Below are positions 51,997 through 63,704 of a stretch of 64,000 nt of DNA, in pieces. Both the position numbers and the translations under genes were made by a program. This DNA is from Squalus acanthias (Eukaryota). The stretch's first letter is position 1; the number at the start of each line of letters is the position of its first letter. The notes under the pieces are model-generated. The model did no database searches. It saw nothing but the letters and a program-made list of their open reading frames with translations, and was not told where the DNA came from. Location: assembly GCA_030390025.1 (NCBI GenBank), contig CM059432.1, forward strand, positions 125,738,001 to 125,802,000, written 5' to 3'.

Positions 51997-54855
51997 CACA
52001 GAATCACAGAATCATAAAATGGTTACAGCACGGAAGAAGGCCATTTGGTCCATTGAGCGCGTGCCAGCTCTCTGCAAGAGCACTTCAGCTAATCCCACTC
52101 CCCCGCCCTTTCCCCGTAGCCCTGCAAAGTTTTTTCCTTCAGGTACTTATCCAACTCCCTTTTGAAAGCCGTGATTGAATCTGCCTCCACCACCCTTTCA
52201 GGCAGTGAATTCCAGATCCTAACCACTCACTGCGTAAAAAAGTTTTTCCTCATGTCGCCTTTGGTTCTTCGGCCAATCACCTTAAATCTGTGTCCTCTGG
52301 TTCTCAACCCTTCTGCCAATGGGAACAGTTTCTCTCTATCTACTCTGTCCAGACCCCTCATGATTTTGAACACCTCTATCAAATCTCCTCTCAATCTTCT
52401 CTGCTGTAAGGAGAACAACCCCAGCTTCTCTAGTCTATCCACGTAACTGAAGTCCCTCATCCCTGGAATCATTCTCGTAAATCTTTTCTGCACCCTCTCT
52501 AAGGCCTTCACATCCTTCCTAAAGTGTTATGCCCAGAATTGGACACAATACTCCAGTTGAGGCTGAACTAGTGTTTTATACAGGTTCATCATAATTTCCA
52601 TGCTTTTGTACTCTATACCTCTATTTATGAAGCCCAGGATCCCGTAAGCTTTTTTAACTGCTTTCCCTACTGGCCCTGTCACCTTCAATTATTTTTGCAC
52701 ATATACCCCTAGGTCTCTCTGTTCATGCACCCCCTTTAGGATTGTACCCTTTAGTTTATATTTCCTCTCTTTATTCTTTCTACCAAAATGTATCACTTCG
52801 TACTTTTCTGCGTTAAATTTCATCTACCACGTGTCCGCCCATTCCACCAGCCTGTCTATGTCCTCTTCAAGTCTATCACTCTCCTCCTCACTGTTCACTA
52901 TACTTCCAAGTTTTGTGTCATCTGCAAATTTTGAAATTGTGCTCTGTACACCCAAGTCTAAGTCATTAATATATATCAAGAAAAGCAGTGGTCCTGGAAC
53001 CGACCCCTAGGGAGCACCACTGTATACCTTCCTCCAGTCTGAAAAACACCCATTCACCACTACTCTGTTTCCTGTCACTTAGCCAATTTCATATCCATCT
53101 GCCACTGTCCCATTTATTCCGTGGGCTTCAACTTTGCTGGTAAGCCTATTATGTGGCACTTTGTTGAACACCTTTTGGAAGTCCATGTACACCACGTCAA
53201 CCGCATTGCCCTCATCAACCCTCTCTGTTACCTCATCAAAAAACTCGATCAAGTTGGTTAAACACGATTTGCCTTTACGAAATCCGTGCTGGATTTCCTC
53301 AATTAATCCACACTTGTCCAAGTGACTGTTAATTTTGTCCCTGATTATTGTTTCTAAAAGCTTCCCCGCTACCGAGGTTAAACTGACTGGCCTGTAGTTG
53401 CTGTGATTATCTTTACATCCTTTTTTGAACAAGGGTGTAAACATTTGCGATTCTCCAGTCCTCTGGCACCACCCCCTTTCTAAGGAGGAGTGGAAGATTA
53501 TGGCCAGTACCACCGCGATTTCTTCCTTCACTTCCCTCAGCGTCCTAGGATGCATCCCATCTGGTCTTGGTGACTTATCTACTTTAACTACAGCCAGCCT
53601 TTCTAGTACCTCCTCTTTATCAATTTTTATCCCATCCAGTATCTTCTCTATCTCCTCCTTCACTATGTCTATGGCAGCATCTTTTTCCTTGGTGAAGACA
53701 GATGCAATGTATTCATTTAGCACCTCAGCCATAGCCTCTGCCTCCATGCATAGGTCTCCTTTTTGGTCCCTAATCGGCCCCACCCCTCCTCTTACTACCC
53801 GTTTACTATTTATATGCCTATAGAAGACTTTTGGAATACCTTTTATGTTAGCTGCCATTCTATTCTCATAACCTCTCTTTGCCCCTCTTATTTTCTTTCT
53901 CCTCTGAACGTTCTATATTTAGCCTAATTCTCAGATGTCTTCTTGACCTGACATCTGTCTTACGTGCTTTTTTTCTGCTTCATCTTACTCTCTAGCTCTT
54001 TCATCATCCAGGGAGCTCTGACTTTAGTTTCCCTACCTTTCCCCCTAGTGGGAATGTACCTTGACTGTACCCAAACTATTTCTTCTTCAGTTTTGCCTGC
54101 CAATCTTTGATTCCAATTTACCCAGGCCAGATCTGTTCTCATCCCACTGAAATTTGCCTTCCTCCAATGAAGTATTTTTACTCTAGATTGCTCCCTGTCC
54201 TTTTCCATAGCTAATCTCAACCTTATGATACTATGATCACTGTTCCCTAAATGTTCACCTACTGACACTTGCTCCACTTGACCTACCTCATTCCCCAGAA
54301 CTAGATCCAGCAATGCCTCCTTCCTCGTTGGGCCGGAAACATACTGATCAAGAAAGTTCTGCTGAACACACTTCAGAAATTCTTCCCCCTCTCTGCCCTT
54401 TACACTATTACTATCCCAGTCTTTTTTTAGGATAGTTGAAGTCCCCCATTATCACTACTCTATAGTTCTTGCATCGCTATAATTTCTCTGCAAATTTGCT
54501 CCTCTATATCTTTCCCACTAGTTGGTGGCCTATAGAATACACCTAGTAGTGTAATAGCACCTCTATTATTTCTTAACTATAGCCATATAGATTCTGTCCT
54601 TGAGCCCTTCAGGACATCCTCTCTCTCCAGCACTGTAACACTCTCCTTAACAAATACTGCCACCCCATCTCCTTTCTTTCCTTCCCTATCTTTCCTGAAC
54701 ACCTCATATCCAGGAATATTTAAAACCCAATCCTGCCCTTTTTTGAGCCAGGTCTCTATTATTGCCACAACATCATATTCCCATGTGGCTATTTGCGCCT
54801 GCAGCTCACCAACCTTATGTATCATGCTTCATGCGTTAACACACATGCACTGTAA
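51997..54855 (-). mobile_element. CR1 LINE, near-complete degenerate ORF2, same family as 2975-5326 + 9812-10690
   Basis: EN (ELQAQIATWEYD, IETWL, GNSDH), RT 53079-53858, C-terminus and tail. Confidence 0.94.
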
Positions 54856-55334
54856 CTGTTATTTTTGTATCTTTTGAGGAAAGACAGTTAAACCTGTAAC
54901 TACTGTTAATCTACAGTATGCCATTACTTCTAATTCCATTTCCTGTTAATAAATCTGCTTGGCATTTTATAGTCTAAGTCATGATCTAGTGAAATATTTA
55001 TTCTACCGTCTTCTGAAGTTGAGGAAGATCACGTAAGGGTACACATTAGAACCAGTAATACAGTATCAAGAGTTTTCCATTTGATCTCTGGGCTCGCTAC
55101 AAACAACTTAGATACTGAGCAGGTAAAGGCACACTCCAGGGCATTGAAAGCAAGGGCTTGCCAGTGGGCCATGAGAAAATTATCTCAAGGAAAACCTCAA
55201 ACTCAGAGGGTGCACACTCATTCAACATGGTTGACAGATGCAAGGGCAGGGGAATGAACATTAAAGAACACTTGAGAATCCGGACAGGATCATAGAAAGA
55301 TGTACTTCTAAATTTGTGAGTATAAAAATGTTTT

Positions 55335-55745
55335 CATAGAATAGAATCATAGAATAGTACAGCACAGAGGAGGCCATTCGGCCCACTGAGTCTGCGCCGG
55401 CTCTTTCGAAGAGCAATCCAGTTAGTCCCACTCCCCCGCTCTTTTCCCCTATCCCTGCAATTTTTTCTCCCAAGTATTTATCCAATTCCCATTGAAAGCT
55501 GCTATTGAATCGTTTCCACTGCCCTATCAGGCAGTGCATTCCAAATCCTGACCACTCGTTGCGTAAAAAAGTTTTTCCTCATGTCGCCTCTGGTTCTTTT
55601 GCCAATCACCTTAAATCTGTGTCCTCTGGTTACCGACCCTTCAGCCATTGGAAATAGTTTCTCTTTAATTACTCGATTTAAACCCTTCATGATTTTAAAC
55701 ACCTCTATCAAATTTCCTCTTAGCCTTCTCTGCTCTAAGGAGAAG
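55335..55745 (-). mobile_element. CR1 3' fragment
   Basis: IEVFKIMKG..TRGHRFK..FFTQRVVRIWNALP and ATTCTATG tail. Confidence 0.88.
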
Positions 55746-55811
55746 TACTCTGGCTTTGTCCCGAAGCCTCAAGTCACTTCTTGCCTTTGTGTGATTGTAG
55801 TACCATTCCAT

Positions 55812-56027
55812 ATGAACAGAAGAACAGGAGTAGATCATTCAGCTCCTCGAGCCTTTTTGGGGGAGAGAGTTTCTGATTTCCACTACCCTTTATGTGAAGA
55901 AGTGCTTCCTCATATCAACCTTCAATGGCCAAGCTCTAATTTTAAGATTATGCCCCTTGTTCTGGACTCCCCCACCAGAGGAAAGAGTTTCACTCTATCT
56001 ACCCTATCAAATCATTTAATCATCTTT
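55812..56027 (-). mobile_element. Old CR1 3' fragment; continues at about 60174-60212 after the nested TIR elements
   Basis: Similar to 21650-21860; colinear across the insertion (atcatctt|...|aaatatcttaattagatgacaccttaa). Confidence 0.65.
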
Positions 56028-57889
56028 GGGGCCCGGACTTTGCAGTAAAAATAACGGTGAGGCCAACAGTACTCACCGTTATTAAGGAGTAAATCGGACA
56101 GCAACTTCTGGTGACCGCACATGCGCAGTTAAACGTAAAAATCAGGGGGTTGCAGTCCGAGTTGCCCTGCTCCTCCAGAGGCTTCGCTCTGAGAGACTTG
56201 ACATTGAAACAAATGAATGGTGTGAAGTTGCAGTATTTATGTGATAGATACACACTAAACTCGCCAGAAATAGTTAGGGCTTCTCCATTCCAGTGTAAGT
56301 GAATTTTTAACAATGTGGTAAGTCTTAATTACTGCCAAACAACCTCTCTAGCACTGAAAATTAACTTTTACGCATCTCATTCCTTCAGATTTTAATTATT
56401 GCTGGCGATTTTAAAAAATTGGAATAAATTTAAATTTTTTAAAAACTTTGGGGGAAAAATTTGTCCCCTTAGCACCTCCCGTTGTGCTAGCAGATGATGC
56501 TAATGGGGCCTGAGAGCATTATCACCGGGGTGAGTCGAATCCCGCACCCCCCCCCCCGTAGCACCGCCGGTAAGAGTTATCGCCGGGAACATCAACGCCA
56601 GGTGGATTGTGACGCCAGTGAGTGTGCAACGCTCACTAACTGCCCGATCTGTGAAATTAATTGTCGCCGCCTACCTTAGCGCCTGGAGTAAACACTGACA
56701 GGGAGAGCTGGCATGAAGCACCAGGAAGCCGGCTCCAGGGACGTTATTTAAAGGGGTCATCAGTAATGACTCACAGCTGTCAGGTTAGTGTAGTTTCAGT
56801 GGTTTCTTGTTAGTTTCATATTCTCCAACAGTTTCATTTCGTAATTTCAAGGTTGTTTTGTATCAGGAGTTTTCTGGCAACTAAAAAGTAGCTACATTTA
56901 TTCCTAAAAAAATCAAACTGCTACACTTGGTTATATTAATGGGGGCTGTACTGGCAGTCGACCTCACCCTCCAGGATCTATGGTGGAGGGAGCAGAGGCA
57001 GCGAGAAAGACTGGAACATGTGCCCAGAGGGATGAGGGCGCTTAACAGGAGGCCTTAACCTGCGAGGGTATTCCGAGAGCACTTCTCCTACCTCCAATTA
57101 AGCGAGGAGCAGTGTATTAGAAGGCTCTGCTTCACCAAAGAGGAGGTCACAGAACTTTGCCACCTCCTGCAACCAGACCTCGTGCCTCAGATCAGGGCGA
57201 CCATGGCTCTCTCAGTGGCAGTCAAGGTCACCGTTGCCCTCAATTTCTTCACCAGCGGATCTTTCCAGTCTGCAACAGGAGACAGTCTGCTAACATCTCG
57301 CAGTTTGCCGTTCATCGCTGCATCCAGGAAGTCACTTGGCTGTCTACAGTAGGAGAAGGGACTGCATTTCCTTCCCCATCACCAGAGAGAAGCAGGCTGA
57401 GCGTGCATGTGGCTTTGCCAGGATAGTGGGATTCCCCATGGTGCAGGGCGCCATTGACTACACCCAAGTGACTTTGTGGGCACCGCATAACAATCCTGAG
57501 ATCTTCGTAACCACAAAGGCTACCACTCACTTAATGTGCAGTTGGTGTGCGACCACAGACAGCGAATCCTCAATGTCAATGCCCGCTATCCTGGCAACAG
57601 CCACGGTGCCGTTATCCTGCACCAGACCAGTGTGCCAGGGGCTAACCGCTTTCCACCTGGCTCATGACTCCCCTCATGCAACCCCAACACTCCTGCCCAG
57701 CACTCATATAATGAGAGCCGTGCTGCCACCAGGAACATCATCGAGCTGAAGCAACGGTTCCGCTGCCTTGACTGCTCGGGAGGAGCCCTCCGGTACCCAT
57801 TTCATGGTGGTCTGCTGCATGCTCCACAACTTTGCCATCATGAGGGCCCAGCCCCTGCCACCATGATTAGCAGGACCACCTCAGGAGGA

Positions 57890-58095
57890 CATGATGCGGA
57901 GATGCCGGTGTTGGACTGGGGTGGACAAAAATGAGAAGTCGCACAACACCAGGTTATAGTCCAACAGTTTTATTTGAAATTACGAGCTTTCGGAGCTCTG
58001 CTCCTTCGTTAGGTACCTGACGAAGGAGCAGCGCTCCGAAAGCTCGTAATTTCAAATAAAACTGTTGGACTATAACCTGGTGTTGTGCGACTTCT
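57890..58095. mobile_element. Penelope-like (PLE) terminal-repeat-derived insertion with inverted arms
   Basis: 13-bp TSD CACCTCAGGAGGA (57877-57889, 58096-58108). Palindrome 57932-58097. Each arm has a hammerhead motif followed by AATAAA, a layout known from PLE terminal repeats. Confidence 0.75.
58014..58048 (+). ncRNA. Minimal type I hammerhead ribozyme motif
   Basis: TAC-CTGACGA-A-GGAGC(AGC)GCTCC-GAAA-GC-TC-GTA: conserved core, 5-bp stem II, 3-bp stem I (TAC/GTA), palindromic AGCT in place of stem III, predicted cleavage after C58045. Confidence 0.7.
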
Positions 58096-58421
58096 CACCT
58101 CAGGAGGAGGAAGAGGCAGAAGAGGAGGAGAAGGACGATGAGGAGGAAGAGGAAGACGAGGAGGAGGAGGAACAGGAGCGAGGGAGGAGGCAACCACTCA
58201 ATCAGCCTTCCGGAAGGGCGGTCCGTGATCTCCTCATCAGACTGCGGTTCGAATGAATTAAACCCCAGATCCCCATTGCTCACCACATTCCCATCATTCC
58301 ATCCCTGTCGCAGGCCATATCATGGAGCAAAGCTGAAATGAGACACAGCACAAAATAATCCAAACTGAACTAATAAATTTATCAATAATCAGTGAACACA
58401 TATTTACAACAACAATATTAC

Positions 58422-59366
58422 CTATTCACCCTTGTGCAATCCCTTAGTGCCTCTTGTTACTGTGCCTTTGCCTACTCTAGTGCTCCTGCGAAGTGTTGGC
58501 CCAGTGGCTGCAGCACGGCTGGTGGAAGGCTGCTGAGTGTCCGTGTGGGAGACTTCAGATGGCCTTGCAGGACGCCCTCGACCAGCTCTGGGCCTGGAAG
58601 GCTCGGCTGTAGACTGCACCACCTCAGCATGGGCGGCAGCAGTCTGGGCTGGCTGGATGACAGGCAGCGACACGGGCAATGGCGGAGTGCCAGTGGTGAG
58701 AGCAGGAATGCTGTCATCCTGAGAGAGGACAGCAGGTTCCTGCTCCACTAACCCACTGCCACTCCCCTGGGGCAACACCTCAGCATCCCTAGCAAGCTGT
58801 TGGAGCACAGATTGCTGGCCTGCTGCGACACCGTGAAAGCCCCGGTCGACGGTGGTAGACGCAGCCACGATGGCAGCAGTCAGAGCTTGCGTGGCATCAA
58901 GCTGAGACTACATGAGAGCAGTCTGAAATTGGATGCCACCAAGCATAGACTGCATTACAGCACTAAGACATTACGTCGCTTCCGCCTGTGATGCAATGGA
59001 AGCTGCCAGATCGCCCATCACACGTGGCATCAGGTCTGAGTGCTGGAGGTGTGGTGCTTTGGGCAGTGTGTGCAGACTGAGGTTCAAATGGTGGTATGTA
59101 GCATTTGTTGAAGCATTGACTCACCCGACCACCCGAGTGAGGTTGTTAAATTTCTTCCTGCACTGTGTGTGGGTCCTGGGGACCACAGTGCTGCCCGAGA
59201 TGTGCTGCACTACCTCCCTCCACATGGTGCGGAAGACTTGCGGCGAGGTCCTCCTGCCACTTGCCGGGTAGAGCACAGCCCTCTGTCTCTCCACAGCGAA
59301 CACCAACGCCTCCAATGCTTGATCGCAGAATCTGCGGGCTCTCTCCCTGGGGTCTGGATCTGCCAT
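58422..59366 (-). pseudogene. Harbinger Myb/SANT-like (MSANTD-type) DNA-binding protein gene, partly deleted
   Basis: MADPDPRERARRFCDQALEALVFAVERQRAVLY...WREVVQHIS...RTHTQCRKKFNNL, then GTGAGT donor at 59124-59119. Low-complexity, basic C-terminal segment at 58422-58868. Confidence 0.85.
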
Positions 59367-59826
59367 AAGTACACCTGGTTCAGTCCTCTGGCTCCTTCTC
59401 CTTGTCCTGCTTCTGCTTGCTGAGGCAGCTGCACAGCCAGCAATGCTGAGAATGAGGTTCTGCAGCATCAAGGAACCTCCCCTTTAAGTACTGAAAAAAG
59501 CCTGTGGCAATCATGACTTGCGATTAGACTGCACCTGATATTGATCCACCCTTTGAGTGTAATGCCAATGAGCTTGGGCTTTAAGACTTAAATTAGGACT
59601 CCAATCATTTTTTTGAGCAGTGAGCACGAATTTTGCGTGCGGTCTAAAGCATTAGCGCCTGGCACTAATTCTCCAACTTTTCTCCTGACACTGCCCATTC
59701 CTGGGCTATAATGAATGTCCTTTTTCTTTCTATCTCTTTATCTTTCTGTCTTGATCCCATCTTTCTTTCCCTCTCTTTATTTTGCTTTTTGTACATGATT
59801 TGGCATTGAATTCTAAGTTACACCAG

Positions 59827-59915
59827 CGGTCCAAGAAGGCGGCTCACCACCACCTTCTCAAGGGCAATTAGGGATGGGCAATAAATGCTGGCCTTGCCAG
59901 CGACGCCCACATCAT
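59827..59915 (+). mobile_element. Short LINE/SINE 3' tail matching 14230-14320
   Basis: gcggt.caagaagg.ggctcac.accac.ttctc.agggcaa.tagggatgggcaataaatgc. Confidence 0.75.
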
Positions 59916-60211
59916 AGGATCGAATTTTTAAAAACTTCCTGGTTCAGACTCTGCATACCTCAGTAAGGATTCTTCAATCTGATTGGTTAAGGAGATACAC
60001 AGTTGCTTGTCTGTTCACACAGGTCACAGATCCCCTGCAGAGGGTGCTGCACTGAAATGGATTTATAATCACTGCAAGTCCCTGTGGAAAAGCCCAAAGA
60101 AAGTATGTGGGCAAGTCTAAGTGTAATGAATGGCTGGCGCCGTTTGTTCGCCGCTGAGAGCAAAATCCAGGCCAAATATCTTAATTAGATGACACCTTAA
60201 TTTTCTATACT

Positions 60212-60240
60212 CATATATATATTTATATATATATATATAT
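60212..60240. repeat. (AT)n microsatellite
   Basis: Visible AT run. Confidence 0.9.
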
Positions 60241-60243
60241 GAT

Positions 60244-60618
60244 TGTCAGCCGTGGCTCAGTTGGTAGCACCCTTGCCTCTGAGTCAAAAGGTTGTGGGTT
60301 CAAAGTCACACGCCAGAGTCTTGAGCACAAAAATCCAGGCTGACACTCCAGTGCAGTGCTGAGGGAGTGCTGCACTGTCGGAGGTGCTGTCTTTTGGATG
60401 AGATATTAAACCGAGGCCCCGTCTGCTCTCTCAGGTGGACGTAAAAGATCCCATGGCACTATTTTGAAGAAGAGCAGGGATGTTCTCCTCGGTGTCCTGG
60501 CCAATATTTATCCCTCAATCAACACCTAAAAAACAGATTATCTGGTCATTATCACATTGCTGTCTGTGGGAGCTTGCTGTGCGCAAATTGGCTGCTGCGT
60601 TTCCTACATTACAACAGT
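60244..60618 (+). mobile_element. Deu-SINE/SacSINE1-like SINE, 3'-truncated
   Basis: A box TGGCTCAGTTGG, B-box-like GGTTCAAAGTC. Reverse-complement homologue of 12050-12428. Confidence 0.8.
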
Positions 60619-60629
60619 TCAAAATACTT

Positions 60630-62942
60630 CAACAAGTACTTCATAACTTCCACCCCTTTGTATTCAAGCCCCCTTGAGATGAGAGCTAACCTTCCATTAC
60701 CCTTTAAAATTATTTTTTGTACCTGCCCACTAGTTTTTAGTGATTTCTGTACATGGACCACTAAATCTCTCTGCTCCTCCACAGTTCCTTGCTTCTCACC
60801 TTTTACAAAATTCGCTGATCTTTCTTTCTTAGGTCCAAATTGGATGACCTTGCACTTCCGCATGTTTAACTCCATCTGTCACAGTTTTGACCACTCACTT
60901 AATCTATCAATGTCCCTTTGCAAATTTCTGCTCCCATCTGCACTACTTACTGTGCCACCAAACTTAATGTCCTCAACAAACTTGGATATACGGCTCTATG
61001 GGGGAAAAATTCGTTAGCGACCATTTTAGGCCACTAACATCGCCTGGGCGCTAAATTTAGCACCCGGCGAAAAATAGCGCCGGCGATCGCCAACTTCAGT
61101 TTTAGCACCCCAAGAGGGAGGTGGAGCGCTAATTCAAGCGCTTCACTTCCTTCTTAGAGTGCTAACCCCGAATGTTGGGGCGGTGCATTCTGCAGCGCTA
61201 CGCACTGGGCTACGTAGCACTGCAGCATGGAAGGATTCTTCCCTTCATTAAAGGGGAGGGCCCAAGCCCACAAGAGGGGTGCCGGGCTGCCAGATCGCGG
61301 CACGGACCCTGCGTTCAAAGACGCAATGGGCTGCGACAAGTAAGTCGGCCGATTTTTTCCCCCGCCCACCCGCCACCTCCCCTTTACTTAGTGTCCCGCG
61401 AGCCTCCTGCCGCTCCGTTCTCACCCCCTGAATCGGTCGCTGTCATCGCCTGGCACAGATTCAGGGGACGCGGGCCAATTTTGCAGGCGGGGCGAAAACG
61501 GGGCGCTGTGCACAGTGATGATGTTGTCATCGCCTGCGCAGTGGAGTGGGGCGCTACCAGTTACCATCGCCGCTAATCTCCCGCTGAATTCCCGGGGGCG
61601 CTAACAAGAGGCGCAAATGCACCGAATTTCTAGCCCATTATTCCTTCATCCAAGTCATTTATAAATATAGTGAAAAGCTAAGGCCCCAGTACAGATCCCT
61701 GGGGGACACCGCTAATCACATCCTGACAATTGGTGTACATACCTATTATCTCTACTCTCTATCTGCTACCTCCTAACCAATTTCCTACCTATGTCAAAAG
61801 GTTGCCTCCAAATCCATGCGCTTTGATTTTTCTTAACAGTCTCCTGTGTGGAAACCTATCGAATGCCTTCTGGAAGTCCATATAAATAACATCCTTATCT
61901 ACCACGTTAGTGACCTCCTCAAAAAAAATCAACTAGGTTAGTTAAACATGACTTACCCTTTACAAATCCATGCTGGCTCTCTGTCCAGTTGAGATTTGCC
62001 CAAGTGCTCAGTCACTCTGTCCCTAATAACAGATTCTAGTAACTTCCCCACAACAGAGGTTAAGACTAATAGGCCTATAATTTCCTGGTTTTCTCTGCCC
62101 TCCATTCTTAAATAATGGAGTGACATTGGCAATTTTCCAATCCAAGAAAACAATTCCTGAATCAAGAGAGATTTGGAAGATCATGGCTAAAGCATCTACA
62201 ATTTCCTCACCTACTTCTTTTAATGCCCTGGGGTGGAAACCATCGGGTCCTGGAAACTTGTCAATCTTCAGTCTCATTATTTTCTCCATTACCATTTTAT
62301 TAAATCTAGTAAGTTCCTTCGGTTGATTTATTTTTCCTCATATTTCTGGTGCTTTATCCTCTTCCTCTACTGTAAACACTGATATAAAGTAATTATTTAG
62401 CAAGTCTGACATTTTGTTATTTTCAATTATAATATCACCAGTGTCTGTCTTTAAAGTGCCCACATTGCCCTTAGACACCCTCTTTCTCGTAATATGCTTG
62501 TAAAATCCTTTAATTTTGTCCTTGATATCCCTTGCCAGTTTTTTCTCAAAGTCCCTTTTTGCAGCTCTTACTATTTTCTTCGTATCCCTTTGCTGTTCTT
62601 TTTATCTCTCCCAGACCATGGGATCTCCACCGTTCTTTGCTTTTGTACATGTCCTCTTTGTATCGCTCACCTCATTTGTTGACCAAGGTTGTTTAATTAC
62701 ACAGTTGGAGCTCTTGCCCTTTAGGGGTATGCACAGGTCTTGTATTCTACCAAATAGTTCTTTAAACAACTCTCACTGTTCATCTGTAGTTTTATCCGTT
62801 AAAAGCTCTGCCCAGTCTACTGTGGTCAATTTCTGCCTCATCCCCCAAAGTCAGCCTCACCCCCAGTTCAAAACTTTGGTTCGTGGCTCACCCTTCTCCC
62901 TCTCAAACCTAATATCGAATTTAATCATGTTATGGTCACTGT
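60630..62942 (-). mobile_element. Degenerate CR1 ORF2 split by a MITE
   Basis: DKFPGPDGFHPRALKE, DWKIANVTPLFK, NYRPISL, KCKVIQFG. Confidence 0.85.
61000..61636. mobile_element. Harbinger-type MITE
   Basis: Termini GGGGGAAAAATTCG / CGAATTTCTAGCCC, multiple GCGCTA/TAGCGC subterminal motifs, CR1 colinear on both sides. Confidence 0.8.
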
Positions 62943-62943
62943 T

Positions 62944-63704
62944 AAGAACATAAGAAATAGGAGCAGGAGTAGGCCATATGGCCCCTTGAGCCTGCTCCAC
63001 CATTCAATAAGATCATGGCTGATCTTTGACCTCAACTCCACTTTCCCGCCCAATCCCCATATCCCTTGATTCCCCTAGAGTCCAAAAATCTATCTGTCTC
63101 AGCCTTGAATATACTCAAAGACTCAGCATTCACAGCCCTCTGGGGCAGAGAATTCCAAAGATTCACAACCCTCAGTGTAGAAATTCCTCCTCTTCTCAGT
63201 CTTAAATGTCCTACCCCTTATCCTGAGACTATGCCCCCCTAGTTCTAGACACTCCAGCCAGGGGAAACAACCTCTCAGCATCTACCCTGTCAATTCCCTT
63301 CAGAATCTTGTATGTTTCAGTGAGATCACCTCTCATTCTTCTAAACTCCAGAGAGTATAGGCTCAATCTACACAATCTCTCATCACAGGACAACCCTCTC
63401 ATCCCAGGAATCAATCTAGTGAACCTTCCTTGCACCGCCTCCAAGGCAAGTATATCCTTCCTTAGATAAGGAGACCAAAACTGTGCACAGTACTCCAGGT
63501 GTGGTCTCACCAAGACCCTGTACAATTGTAGCAAGACTTCCTTACTCTTATACACCAACCCCCTTGCAATAAAGGCCAACATGCCATTTGCCTTCCTTAT
63601 TGCTTGCTGTACCTGCATGCTAGCTTTCTGTGTATCTTGTACGAGGACACCCAAATCTCTCTGAACACCAACATTTGAAAGTTTCTCACCATTTAAAAGA
63701 TATT
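62944..63704 (-). mobile_element. CR1 3' fragment, same family as 49895-50828
   Basis: LVRPHLEYCAQFWSPYLRKDILALE, RRMRGDL and the same 3' UTR. Confidence 0.92.

Larger units (their letters stand above)
56939..58256 (+). pseudogene. Harbinger/HARBI1-like DDE transposase, disrupted
   Basis: Manual translation: LSEEQCIRRLCFTKEEVTELCHLL, KVTVALNFFTSGSFQ, ISQFAVHRCIQEV, GFPMVQGAIDYTQV, KGYHSLNVQLVCD, NARYPGNSHG, WLMTP, YNESRAATRNIIE, LKQRFRCL, CCMLHNFAI, then an acidic tail ending RDLLIRLRFE*. Stops, frameshifts, deletions and one insertion. Confidence 0.92.
56450..59720 (+). mobile_element. PIF/Harbinger transposon, decayed autonomous-type copy with convergent transposase and Myb/SANT genes
   Basis: Left TIR GGGGGAAAAATT. 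Degraded right end near 59711-59720 preceded by TTAGCGCCTGGCACTAA. TTT on both flanks. Two convergent genes inside. Confidence 0.85.
56030..60173. mobile_element. Harbinger-type MITE (outer; own sequence about 56030-56449 and 59721-60173) hosting further insertions
   Basis: TIRs GGCCCGGACTTTGC / GCAAAATCCAGGCC (2 mismatches in 14). Subterminal hairpin AATAACGGTGAG...CTCACCGTTATT. TSD not clear. Confidence 0.65.

Noticed and set aside
56939..58256. Host gene HARBI1
   Set aside because: Multiple stops and frameshifts, linked Myb gene and TIR show a decayed transposon, not the domesticated gene.
60244..60320. tRNA genes at SINE heads (also about 12350-12428, 22270-22345, 47010-47081)
   Set aside because: A and B boxes are present but run into SINE bodies, with no clean cloverleaf or terminator.
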